From: Geopsychrobacteraceae bacterium
GTDB lineage: Bacteria > Desulfobacterota > Desulfuromonadia > Desulfuromonadales > Geopsychrobacteraceae
Assembly (NCBI GenBank): GCA_963662315.1
Contig: OY759353.1
Coordinates: 320,001-384,000, forward strand
Length of the DNA stretch: 64,000 nt
Direction of reading: 5' to 3'
Shown here: positions 19,684 to 29,207 of the stretch, in pieces
Layout: the number at the start of each line of letters is the position of its first letter
Numbering within the stretch: position 1 is the first letter of the stretch
Notes under the pieces: generated by a model
The model's database searches: none
Told to the model about the DNA's origin: nothing
The model's input: only the letters and a program-made list of their open reading frames with translations
Program-made: the position numbers and the translations under genes

Positions 19684-21186
19684 CTACTTTGCAGCGCCGC
19701 ACAGAACTTCAACGCGACGATTAAGGGCGCGACCTTCGCTGGTTTCATTGTCAGCAACCGGCAAGTCTTCACCGAAACCGCGGATCTTCAGTTTTTTCTC
19801 CGCGATAGCAAATTGTGAAATCAGGCTGTTCCTGACCGCTGAAGCGCGTTTTTCGGAAAGTTTTTGATTGTATTCCGCTGCACCTTTACTGTCGGTGTGA
19901 CCGTAGATTAACACTTCATTGCCCGGATAGTCGTTGATGCACTGCGCGGCAGTGGCCAGCTCAGCATGGTACTCTGGAGCAACCAGGCTGCTGTTATTGT
20001 CAAATTTGATCCGCAGCGTCAGTCTGGTTGGACAGCCATCAGAGTCGATAGACACTCCGGATGGTGTGGCGGGGCATTGGTCAAGGTAGTCTGCAACGCC
20101 GTCTTTATCGGAATCAAGAGGGCAGCCGTTGCTGTCGACCGGAGCGCCTTGCGGGGTGTCCGGACATTTATCAAGGTAATCAGGCACACCGTCAGCGTCA
20201 GAGTCGAGTGGGCAGCCAACCCTATTGACAACAACTCCGGCTGGGGTTGCCGGGCATTGATCAAGGTAGTCAGCGACACCATCCTTATCCGTATCCATGG
20301 GGCAGCCTGCTGCATCGACTTTTACGTTGGCCGGTGTGTTTGGGCATTTGTCCAGATAATCCGGAACGCCATCTTGGTCGGCATCAAGTGGACACCCTTT
20401 AACATCAACTGTCACTCCTTGAGGTGTGTTGGGGCATTGATCCATGGTATTCAGGACACCGTCCTGATCACTGTCTTTGACCTCAGAAACAAAAACCTTG
20501 TGAATAAAGGCCGACATTGAGGCTTCAGTATTTAGCTCGTGGGCTGAAACAGCGAAACCACAGGCTCCAGCGGCGGCAATTTTGCTCATGGTTGTTTTGC
20601 CGCTTTTCATGATGTTGCCGACAGTAATGGTATAAATGCACAGCTTGTCGCCCATCATGCTTTTTACGCGTTGTGCCGCCGCCGGGGCCGTGTCCATATG
20701 GAGACCATCACTGACGATAATCAGTGCTGAGTTACCGGTAAGCTTTGCCAGATCTGCGCCGGCGGCCTCAATGGTCGTGGCCATCGGTGATGCGCCGCCA
20801 ACATAATGGATGGAATTCAAAGCATTATGAAAAGCCTGCATGCGATATGTGTCCATGCCATAAAGTAGCGTTGTCGGGGCCTTGCTTTGAAAACTGCTGT
20901 GACCGAGACTTCTAAGCCCAGCGGTATAATTCAGGTTGGCCGGAATCCCTTCATTGATGCGGCGGACAATATCTCTGGCCGCTAAAAAGTTTCGCGCATT
21001 TTCATCCATACTTAAAGACGTATCGATAATTATTTCAAAGTTATCGATTTTAGTTTCATAATTCGGTCCCTGGCGGGGGGACGCTTGTGCATTGAACGGC
21101 TGCATAGGGGGCTGCATAGGAGGGGCACAACCGGCAAAGATGAGTAGCAGGGGGAACAGAAGTAACGACAATCTTCTCGTGATCAT
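19684..21186 (-). CDS. OmpA-family lipoprotein with VWA domain and five thrombospondin type-3 repeats
   Basis: Lipobox FAGC, DTSLSM MIDAS-like motif, five DxDxDGVxxxxDxCP repeats, GHTDSKG...LSEKRA...NRRVE. Confidence 0.88.
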   Translation of the reverse strand: MITRRLSLLLFPLLLIFAGCAPPMQPPMQPFNAQASPRQGPNYETKIDNFEIIIDTSLSMDENARNFLAARDIVRRINEGIPANLNYTAGLRSLGHSSFQSKAPTTLLYGMDTYRMQAFHNALNSIHYVGGASPMATTIEAAGADLAKLTGNSALIIVSDGLHMDTAPAAAQRVKSMMGDKLCIYTITVGNIMKSGKTTMSKIAAAGACGFAVSAHELNTEASMSAFIHKVFVSEVKDSDQDGVLNTMDQCPNTPQGVTVDVKGCPLDADQDGVPDYLDKCPNTPANVKVDAAGCPMDTDKDGVADYLDQCPATPAGVVVNRVGCPLDSDADGVPDYLDKCPDTPQGAPVDSNGCPLDSDKDGVADYLDQCPATPSGVSIDSDGCPTRLTLRIKFDNNSSLVAPEYHAELATAAQCINDYPGNEVLIYGHTDSKGAAEYNQKLSEKRASAVRNSLISQFAIAEKKLKIRGFGEDLPVADNETSEGRALNRRVEVLCGAAK

Positions 21187-21387
21187 TGCGTTTTCCTTTC
21201 GCATTTTCAATTTCATGTTAAAAGATAAATGCTTTCAGCGGTCAGCACTTTTCTAATGAAAGAGTATACCACCTTTCGCAAAAATCCACTGCATTGTTGA
21301 ATTTCTAAGCTTGTGCGGACTTTTTGGTAGGGTGCCTGTTTAAATTATCTTTGTGGTTAATTGAAAAATACAAAATCCAAAAGCTAA

Positions 21388-21421
21388 ACAAAAACCCGTA
21401 AATAAATTACGGGTTTTTGTT
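21388..21421. terminator. Intrinsic terminator after the MCP gene
   Basis: AACAAAAACCCGTAA...TTACGGGTTTTTGTT inverted repeat. Confidence 0.7.
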
Positions 21422-21491
21422 GGAAGAACGCTTCAGAAGTGCATAAGCAGGTGCGGATATGGGTATTTCTATTTCGTAATAGGGGGGGGGC

Positions 21492-23558
21492 TCAGAATCC
21501 GACGACTGCTAAGTGTCGTTCCGGTTCAGGTTTAAAAGTGTCATAGCGGAGTGGTATTACCGCCATCTCCTCCTGTTGGCGCAGGGTGAACCCTCGCAGC
21601 AGCTGCCTCATCTGTTCGGCCTGGCTTGAGAGTTCTTCCGCTGCGGCAGCGCTTTCTTCCGCACTTGCTGTGTTTTGCTGAGTGACTTGATCGACCTGTC
21701 CCAGGCCAACATTGATCTGACCGATTCCCTGGGCCTGTTCGTTGGTGGCGAGAGCAATCTCTTCAATCAGTTCATTCACCCTGCTGACGTTCTCTAAAAT
21801 ATCCTCTAACGATTTTGCTGTGTTTTCAGCGATAGCGACTCCGCTCTTCGCCTGTGTCACTGACGCTTCGATTAATTCGGCCGTTTCCCCGGCAGCTTTG
21901 GCACTGCGGGCGGCAAGATTACGCACCTCTTCGGCAACTACCGCGAACCCTTTGCCGTGCTGACCGGCCCGGGCCGCTTCGACTGCGGCATTAAGAGCCA
22001 GCAAGTTGGTCTGAAAAGCGATTTCATCGATAACCTTGATGATTTTACTGATATTTTGGCTCGACGCATTAATTGCGCCCATTGCCTGAATCATGACTTC
22101 CATCTGTTTTCTTCCGGCCAGCGCAGAAGTTTTTGCCTTTCCTGAAAGCTGGCTGGCTTGATTTGAGTTTTCAGCGTTAATACTGGTCTGATTGCTCATC
22201 TCTTGGACCGAACTGGAGATCTCCTCCAGCGAACTGGCTTGTTCGGTTGCTCCCTGGGAAAGACTCTGGCTTGTATCCGCGACTTGCAAGCTGCCCGATG
22301 CAATCTGCTCGCCGGCTGTTTGCAGTTGGGCCATAATATCGTTCAGGTTCACGACCATCGTCCTGAGTGCCTGCCCTAAGACATCTTTCTCCGAGGCCAA
22401 CTTGACATCGACATTCAGATTTCCTGCCGCAATTTGCTCAGCCGCCTGCGCATTGGCAAGCAAGCTGTCCGCCATCCCGTCCAATGCCGAGGCCAGTTTG
22501 CCAATTTCATCTTTGCGCTCCAACTTCAGCCTTTGAGAAAAATCCCCTTTGGCTATTTCCCCAGCCATGGCGACTCCTTGAACGATAGGCCTGGAAATCG
22601 AGCGCACCAGAATAATTGTAACAAGAACTCCAAAGACCAATGCAATACCAGTCAGAGCCTTGACGAAAAGGGATGACTGTTTATTGTCCGCCTGCAACCG
22701 CGGGCCAAGGATATCCTGTTGCTCTTTGATGGAAAGCTTAAGGGTTTCAACTGCTTCCGCGACTCGTGGCCCGACCCTGTCCATTGTCCCGGAAATCAAC
22801 GCATTGCGCTCATTGATCGTATCAACAACCTCGTCAAAGGTTCTAAAATATTCTTCTTGTGTTTTCTGTGCTTGTTTCAGTAGCTCACGCTGTTCCCCCT
22901 CCGCGATGTATTCAGTCAGGGCTTTCAGCTGACTTAGGAAAGAGTCCTTTTCCGTTTGCACTCGCTTAGCAGCATCCGGCGCGTTGGATTCGAGAAATTT
23001 AACAACATAGATACGAGCCAGCAGTAAATTCCGCAACCCTAATCCCGTATAAAAGGCGGAGTCCATAGCGCCACTTCTTTCAGCGGAAAACAAAATCTCC
23101 GTCAGGTTTTTTTCTAACCGTGGACCTTCGATATTAAGGATATCATTAACCAGGTGATCCTTTTTTGCCATTAAGACGGTCACCTTTTGAAAGGCGCTTT
23201 CGTAGCTGTCAAGGTCTTGTGCAATCGTTTGAATTTGTGTTTTTCGACTTTGTTCTATAATTTCTTGATCGGCATTGGCCACAAGCTTTCTGGTGAAGGC
23301 AAGTCGTTCAGAAAACTCCTTTTTTTCAGCTTCAGAGCCGGAGGCAATATAGTCTTTGGCTGCCAGACGGACATGGAGCATGTTACTCTCGATACCGCCG
23401 ACATAATTCGTCTCGCGAGCCAGATTTCGGTACTCGGAAAATCCTTCAACAGACGTTGAAATACTACCGATACCAACCAAACCGACTCCTAACAGCAGGA
23501 CCAGCAACAAGCCGAAACTCAGTGTGAGTTTTTTTCCAATCGATAAATTTTTAAACAT
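21492..23558 (-). CDS. Methyl-accepting chemotaxis protein (large helical periplasmic sensor, HAMP)
   Basis: [34 protein letters not shown] signalling hairpin; two TM segments. Confidence 0.95.
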   Translation of the reverse strand: MFKNLSIGKKLTLSFGLLLVLLLGVGLVGIGSISTSVEGFSEYRNLARETNYVGGIESNMLHVRLAAKDYIASGSEAEKKEFSERLAFTRKLVANADQEIIEQSRKTQIQTIAQDLDSYESAFQKVTVLMAKKDHLVNDILNIEGPRLEKNLTEILFSAERSGAMDSAFYTGLGLRNLLLARIYVVKFLESNAPDAAKRVQTEKDSFLSQLKALTEYIAEGEQRELLKQAQKTQEEYFRTFDEVVDTINERNALISGTMDRVGPRVAEAVETLKLSIKEQQDILGPRLQADNKQSSLFVKALTGIALVFGVLVTIILVRSISRPIVQGVAMAGEIAKGDFSQRLKLERKDEIGKLASALDGMADSLLANAQAAEQIAAGNLNVDVKLASEKDVLGQALRTMVVNLNDIMAQLQTAGEQIASGSLQVADTSQSLSQGATEQASSLEEISSSVQEMSNQTSINAENSNQASQLSGKAKTSALAGRKQMEVMIQAMGAINASSQNISKIIKVIDEIAFQTNLLALNAAVEAARAGQHGKGFAVVAEEVRNLAARSAKAAGETAELIEASVTQAKSGVAIAENTAKSLEDILENVSRVNELIEEIALATNEQAQGIGQINVGLGQVDQVTQQNTASAEESAAAAEELSSQAEQMRQLLRGFTLRQQEEMAVIPLRYDTFKPEPERHLAVVGF

Positions 23559-23641
23559 CGTGACTCCTGTTATCTTTTAAATAATTCTTCCCATGTCTTG
23601 TGACGTTTTCAACCAAGTCGCTATATTTATTGAGATTTAAC

Positions 23642-23676
23642 AAAAAAGCCTCTCTTCGGATTTCGAAGAGAGGCTT
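23642..23676 (-). terminator. Riboswitch-associated intrinsic terminator in the MCP leader
   Basis: 13-bp perfect stem AAGCCTCTCTTCG/CGAAGAGAGGCTT followed by a U run on the minus strand. Confidence 0.8.
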
Positions 23677-23693
23677 GGAAAAGTCTTTGTCAT

Positions 23694-23768
23694 CTTCGGC
23701 AACCCGGCTATCCCATAGGGACCCGCAGTTTTGCGTCACTGGATTGCTCCAGCTTTGCTCTTATCGGA
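23694..23768 (-). ncRNA. GEMM-I (c-di-GMP-I class) riboswitch, A20 variant predicted to bind c-AMP-GMP
   Basis: Minus strand: UCCGAUAAGAGCAAAGCUGGAGCAAUCCAGUGACGCAAAACUGCGGGUCCCUAUGGGAUAGCCGGGUUGCCGAAG. Shows GCAAA, a GNRA-capped P2, GACGCAAA and AGCCGGGUUGCC. Confidence 0.88.
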
Positions 23769-23997
23769 TAATATGAAAACATTCTAAGACTATTTGAATG
23801 CTCTTGTAAAGAATAAATATTACTGAATTGGTAATATTAATGTTTTGCTTCTAACCAAAGAAAATAATGACTCTTTTATAACGAGAGTGGATCGGTTCAG
23901 GGAACACCATTGAATAATTCGCAGGGGTGGGGTAGGGCTCTCTTCTATTCGTGAAAGATCTCTTGCGCCCATGTTGATTCCTGTGATTTTCAGAACA

Positions 23998-24185
23998 TAG
24001 CTAGTTTTCATCCGGAAACGGCCCTTTTCCGCTGTGGCTGTGTCAATCTGCGGGTTTTCTTGTGCGGCGTAAAGTACTACGCCTCCGCGCAACCCCCTGA
24101 TTTCCTTGCCACAACGAAAAATTTCTCGTTTCCAATCTTAAAACTTAGCCGTTACCCTTCGGAGTTTCCGGATGGCAACTAGCTA
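23998..24185. mobile_element. MITE-like non-autonomous element with an internal palindrome
   Basis: 22-bp terminal IRs TAGCTAGTTTTCATCCGGAAAC / GTTTCCGGATGGCAACTAGCTA (2 mismatches); no credible coding region. Confidence 0.7.
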
Positions 24186-24335
24186 GGAAGTGTGAAGAGA
24201 TAGAAAAATAGCCCCAAAACACACATAAAAGTAGCAAGCAAATACCATTATATGATAAAAAATATTAAATAATGTTTTCTTATTGAATTTTTCTTACCCA
24301 ATCAATAAAACTAACGGAATATGAGGAGGGGTCCT

Positions 24336-25967
24336 ATGCGAACAACAGTATATCTACTATTATTTTTGGCCGTTTTGTGTCTGCCCGGTTGTCAGGGCGG
24401 CTCAAGTTCACACAACAGTACGACCGGAAGCGATCCCGGATATGATCCCGGAACAATTGATTATGCCGCTTTAGAAGATCTCATCCTGAAAGATGATCCA
24501 GCATATGCCTACGAAGTCGGATCCGTCGCCTACTATGTTGATGCCAGCAACGGATCGGATACGAATGATGGTAGTGAAAATTACCCATTTGCCACAGTTT
24601 TGTACGCGTTAAATCAGGCTCATGGGGGGGAAGTCATATATGTTGCCGATGGTGATTACGGTGACTTGTCCTTTGGGGCCATCTATTCCAGCACCAGTGA
24701 TAAAGCAGTTCCGATCCCAGAAGTATTTACCGATTGGGTGACCCTGAAGGCTATGGATGGACAACAGCCGACTTTGGATCATGTCAAATTGGGAACTTCA
24801 ACCGATGAAGGGGGTTGGTTATCTATTCCTTTTGATCGAATATACAATAGTAACCTGCGCTTGCGTATTGATGGCTTCAGAATTACGGACACTGTCACTA
24901 TTACCGGCAGCCGTTATGTAGAAATTCGCAATTGTAAGATATCCAAAAAGGGTGATTTTTCAGCCATGACCAATGCTGAAAAACACAAATATATGGATGA
25001 AACCGGTATCAGTGTTCGCAATGGCCAGTATGTCAAATTACTCTACAACGAAGTTACTAGTACCGGTCGAGGGATTAGCGGAATGACAACTGATTTTGTT
25101 GTTAAAGGGAATCACATTCATCATATTACTCACGATGGCATACAGGTGCATGGCGGTACAAACTGGCTGATTGAAAATAACATTATCCACGACCTGGATG
25201 ACGGCGTTAGTGATACTGATGCGTTTGCTACTGAATATAACCAGCATGTTGACGGCATGCAGCTCTATTTAATTGCCAGTAGCCACCCTGAGATATATGC
25301 CAATAAACTGGAGAACTTTACCTTTCGCGGCAACTTGATCTACCATGTTGAAGCGATGGACATTATGCTGAATGATGATAGTGTCAAAGACAGTGGGTAC
25401 TATAACGTTGTCTGGGAAAACAATATCTTTGGCCCTTCTAACGGGTATTTGTTCATTATGGGGGCAGTTATTGAACGAGGACATGTCTTCCGCCATAATA
25501 CCATTTTGTATACTCCAAATGATCAATGGACCAGTCAGTGGGGGCGGGAGCTGGGAGCCAACTTTGGCTCGCCCGATAGCACCAGTTACTACGTTCAGAC
25601 ATGGTGGACCGCCAGTAACCATACTGATTATTATTTTTACAATAACATCCTAGTCAAATCACAGATTTCACCTTGGTTCAGCCTGGATAGCCACAGGCTC
25701 GCCTACAATAACATTTATTACACCGGCAATTCTGATTTGACACTGGCCGATGATGCAGGATTCACCGTATCGGACTTGCCCTATGCTCCGATTGAGACAA
25801 GCGTGTTGGACGCTATTGAAAGCGGTATTGTTCCTGGAGCTTTAGTTACAGACAGCCCGGCTATTGATGCTGGCGATATGGTTATTCCCGGACTTATTTC
25901 TTACAACCGAGATTTTTTAGGACAAAAGCGGGATGAATTTCCCGATGTCGGGGCGATAGAAGAATAA
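24336..25967 (+). CDS. Lipoprotein with right-handed parallel beta-helix (pectin-lyase-like) repeats
   Basis: Lipobox LPGC, YYVDASNGSDTNDGS...PFAT N-cap, Asn-ladder repeats (GNHIHH, NNIIHD, NNIF) and C-terminal SPAIDAG...PDVGAIE. Confidence 0.8.
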   Translation: MRTTVYLLLFLAVLCLPGCQGGSSSHNSTTGSDPGYDPGTIDYAALEDLILKDDPAYAYEVGSVAYYVDASNGSDTNDGSENYPFATVLYALNQAHGGEVIYVADGDYGDLSFGAIYSSTSDKAVPIPEVFTDWVTLKAMDGQQPTLDHVKLGTSTDEGGWLSIPFDRIYNSNLRLRIDGFRITDTVTITGSRYVEIRNCKISKKGDFSAMTNAEKHKYMDETGISVRNGQYVKLLYNEVTSTGRGISGMTTDFVVKGNHIHHITHDGIQVHGGTNWLIENNIIHDLDDGVSDTDAFATEYNQHVDGMQLYLIASSHPEIYANKLENFTFRGNLIYHVEAMDIMLNDDSVKDSGYYNVVWENNIFGPSNGYLFIMGAVIERGHVFRHNTILYTPNDQWTSQWGRELGANFGSPDSTSYYVQTWWTASNHTDYYFYNNILVKSQISPWFSLDSHRLAYNNIYYTGNSDLTLADDAGFTVSDLPYAPIETSVLDAIESGIVPGALVTDSPAIDAGDMVIPGLISYNRDFLGQKRDEFPDVGAIEE

Positions 25968-26259
25968 GTCACTCTGCAATGAACCCCAACGCTCAACATG
26001 TCAACCGTCGCCTTGCCCCCTCCATAGTTCTTCCTGCTTGGCAGAAGGAGGTGAGCTGATATCAGTAATGAATGTCTATTATAAATTGAGTCATTTCAGA
26101 ATCTCCGGTAAAACCAATTTGAAAAGGAGATTTGCGGTAGAGATCCGAAACACTTCTATTGCCAGGGCAAGTGATAGTCATGGATATCAATGGGTTTCTC
26201 TTTATCGATTACGGAAAGAGGACTGATGTTTTCTTTATTGAAAAAAAGGGGGAAATTAT

Positions 26260-27840
26260 ATGGTAACTGCCAATATAAAAACACCTGGAGTGTATATCGC
26301 TGAAATCAATGCATTCCCTAATTCGGTAGTACCTATAGCCACTGCTGTGCCGGCTTTTATCGGTTATACGCCAACAGCCGAATACCAAGGAAAATCTTAT
26401 TATAATCGGCCTCAAAAAATCACTTCCTTTGCCGAATTTCAGGCGATCTATATGAAAGCCAATCCGGCTCCGCCGGCTGATCCTGCTGTACAATACAGTC
26501 CTGAGTATTATCTTGTCGAGCAAAAGGAACAACCTGACAATGGTAATTATCTGCTTATCGGAGGGAGCTATTATTCCATTGTGCCCGATCCCAATACGAT
26601 CTATTACCTGTACAACAGTATCCGGCTTTTTTACCAGAATGGAGGAGGGGACTGTTATATCGTTTCTGTTGGGACCTATGGTGCGGCAAGCGGCAAACCG
26701 GGGGATGTGGGTTCCCAGATTGTAAACCCGAATGTCAAATTGGCGGATTTGAAAAGTGGACTGGAATTATTGAAGAATGAACAGGAACCGACGATGTATA
26801 TCTGCCCTGAGGCGACATTGCTTTCTGTTGATGATAATGCGACCTTGATGCAGTCCATGCTGCTTCAGGCAGAAGAAATGCAGACCGCGATGTGTTTGTT
26901 TGACATTATCGGGGGAAATGCACCTGATCCGATTATGTATCCCGACGACATTGAAGCTTTCCGAACTGGTACCGGCAGTAACGGACTGAAATTCGGAGCC
27001 GCTTATTATCCCTTTATCGGGACAACCATTATGCAGGGTTCGGATATTAATTTTACCAATCTTTTTGGAGGCGATACCAAACAATTGGGTACTTTGCTGA
27101 ATCCGGCGGCCGCTCCCAATGCGGTGGCTGAAAAGATTCTGAGCCTTATAGAGAGTCCGCCTGCCAATCCAATGACCAATTCGCAGCTTAACTCAGCTCT
27201 TCTCAACGCCTCAAAAACCTACAGCCAGATTGTCAGGCATGTGTTGGCTGATGTCAATATTCTGCCTCCCAGCGGCGGTATGGCTGGTGTTTATACGGTA
27301 AATGATAATGAAAATGGAGTTTGGCATGCTCCGGCCAATACAAGTATTGTCGGTGCGGCTCACCTGCCTATCCGCCTGACAGACTCACAGCAGGAGAATC
27401 TCAATGTGGATGCTGTTTCCGGAAAGTCGGTTAATGCCATTCGTTTTTTCAACGGTCAGGGAATCCTTGTCTGGGGAGCCAGAACCCTGGATGGAAATAG
27501 TCAGGATTGGCGTTACATTGCGGTACGCCGTACTATGACCTTTCTTGAACAGTCTATAAAGCTGGCAGCAAGGGCTTATGTCTTTGAGCCCAACACGACC
27601 AATACATGGGCTGCCATCAAGAGTTCCATCAGCAGTTTTTTAACCGATGTATGGAAGGAAGGCGGGCTGCAAGGGGCTAACGCCTCGGAAGCGTTTCAGG
27701 TTGAATGTGGCCTTGGTTCCACCATGACCGCTGAAGATATTCTCAATGGATTTCTGAAAGTAACCGTTTTGGTGGCTGTTGTGCGTCCGGCGGAGTTTAT
27801 TGTCATTAGTTTTGAGCAGGAAATGGCGAAATCCGGCTGA
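26260..27840 (+). CDS. Contractile tail sheath protein (eCIS/Afp2-4-like)
   Basis: KTPGVYI N-terminus, AFIGYT, AAYYP, PPSGGMAG, GVWHAPAN and LVWGARTL...WRYIAVRR. Confidence 0.93.
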   Translation: MVTANIKTPGVYIAEINAFPNSVVPIATAVPAFIGYTPTAEYQGKSYYNRPQKITSFAEFQAIYMKANPAPPADPAVQYSPEYYLVEQKEQPDNGNYLLIGGSYYSIVPDPNTIYYLYNSIRLFYQNGGGDCYIVSVGTYGAASGKPGDVGSQIVNPNVKLADLKSGLELLKNEQEPTMYICPEATLLSVDDNATLMQSMLLQAEEMQTAMCLFDIIGGNAPDPIMYPDDIEAFRTGTGSNGLKFGAAYYPFIGTTIMQGSDINFTNLFGGDTKQLGTLLNPAAAPNAVAEKILSLIESPPANPMTNSQLNSALLNASKTYSQIVRHVLADVNILPPSGGMAGVYTVNDNENGVWHAPANTSIVGAAHLPIRLTDSQQENLNVDAVSGKSVNAIRFFNGQGILVWGARTLDGNSQDWRYIAVRRTMTFLEQSIKLAARAYVFEPNTTNTWAAIKSSISSFLTDVWKEGGLQGANASEAFQVECGLGSTMTAEDILNGFLKVTVLVAVVRPAEFIVISFEQEMAKSG

Positions 27841-27933
27841 TTCGTTTTTTATGCGGCTTTTTCGGAGAACTCAACAGGATTCAGGGCAATGGCGCTGAGT
27901 ATAAAGTAAGCAATTAATGTAAGGGGAACTATT

Positions 27934-28398
27934 ATGGCCGATGATGGCAGTGCGGAAGGGACAATATGGCCCATGCCGAAATTCCGGTTCGAAGTGGATT
28001 TGGGAGATGAACTTCAATGTGTCGCATTTCAGGAAGTTTCTGGATTGGATCAGGAAGTACAGGTTATAGAGTACCGGGCCGGTGACAGTCCTTTATTGTC
28101 TACAATCAAAATGCCGGGAATTTTGAAGTACGATAATATCACCATGAAACGAGGTGTGTTTGTCAATGATAACAACTTCTGGGAATGGATGAACGAGATC
28201 AAGATGAACATTGTCAAGCGACGGACAATGCTGATAAAACTGCTGGATGAAGCAGGGGCAGTAACCATGCAGTGGCAGCTGAATAATGCCTGGGTCACGA
28301 AAATTACAGGAATAGATCTGAAATCAGATGCGAATGAAGTAGCTGTTGATACACTGGAAATTGCTCATGAGCAACTGATTGTTTTAAATGGCTCATAG
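27934..28398 (+). CDS. Tail tube protein (T4 gp19/Afp1-5-like)
   Basis: KFRFEV, FQEVSGL, IEYRAG, KMPG, NITMKRG and W...NAW motifs. Confidence 0.93.
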   Translation: MADDGSAEGTIWPMPKFRFEVDLGDELQCVAFQEVSGLDQEVQVIEYRAGDSPLLSTIKMPGILKYDNITMKRGVFVNDNNFWEWMNEIKMNIVKRRTMLIKLLDEAGAVTMQWQLNNAWVTKITGIDLKSDANEVAVDTLEIAHEQLIVLNGS

Positions 28399-28409
28399 GG
28401 AAGCCTACT

Positions 28410-28469
28410 AATCTCAAAGGCACCAACGGCGATAAGATAAACGCCATCCTGGGCGCATGTGGTTTCTGA
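28410..28469 (+). pseudogene. C-terminal scrap of an IS5-family transposase
   Basis: Reads NLKGTNGDKINAILGACGF*, matching the IS5 C-terminal LKGxxGDxINAILxAxG motif. Confidence 0.55.
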
Positions 28470-28527
28470 TAAATAGGGGGGCTTGTTTTCCTTGTTTTCA
28501 ATTTGGCTCTGCCCATGGATGCGTCAG

Positions 28528-29025
28528 CATCGTTGGAAAAAATGAAGCCGTCTGGCGGGCCGGGACCTGGCGATCTTAAGACTTTATTGATGGAATGAGA
28601 CAAGCAAAGTCACGGGGTCGCGCCCCCGCACTGCGCCTTACTATTTTTCACAATCAAGCTAAAAATAGTAAGCACAAAAAGCCCTTTTTAATATGTCCGT
28701 GTTCGGGCGTCGTTGTTTTTCAAGAAACAGCCAGAAATTGACCAGCCGGCCTGACGGCTCACCCCCCGCCTGATGGCCAGAACCGCATTATTGATGGATA
28801 ATGGTTTTAAAAACGAATACCGATAATCCCACGGCATTCCGCACCAACTGACGCCCTTGCCCATTAGCTGCGACAGCAGCGTGGGCTGCCGGTTAATTGC
28901 ACCTGGCAATCTTTAACCGTAGCCCAACACAGCTATCGTCAGTTACCTTGACCTTCAAAGATTTTTTTGATTCGTTTTTTCATCGCTGGAAAAAATGAAT
29001 CCGGCTGCCGGGCCGGGACCCGGCG
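28528..29025. repeat. Structured non-coding repeat region
   Basis: 45-nt direct repeat at 28528-28572 and 28981-29025 (40/45 identical); 12-bp hairpins at 28637-28672 and 28969-29001. Confidence 0.65.
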
Positions 29026-29207
29026 GTTTTGATGTGATTTTCTGCAGATGGATTCCACAATTTCATACCGAGCCAAGAAGGCCGCCCTTGAAACTCTTGC
29101 TAAACATCTTGACTCAAGCTAAAAAAACACTATCCTCTCCTCTCATTAAAACTTTCCAGATAGTTATTTCTTATAGCAACTTATTTTATCCTTGAGGGGG
29201 GATACCG

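Noticed and set aside
20030..20480. 87-bp periodic repeats
   Set aside because: Explained by coding TSP3 repeats in the OmpA protein.
23820..24092. 90-aa ORF
   Set aside because: Starts inside the MITE; no RBS or motif.
26260..28398. Prophage
   Set aside because: No capsid, terminase, portal, integrase or lysis genes; the sequences are eCIS-like.
28688..29195. Short ORFs of 73 and 66 aa
   Set aside because: They overlap the structured repeat and have no RBS or protein-like features.
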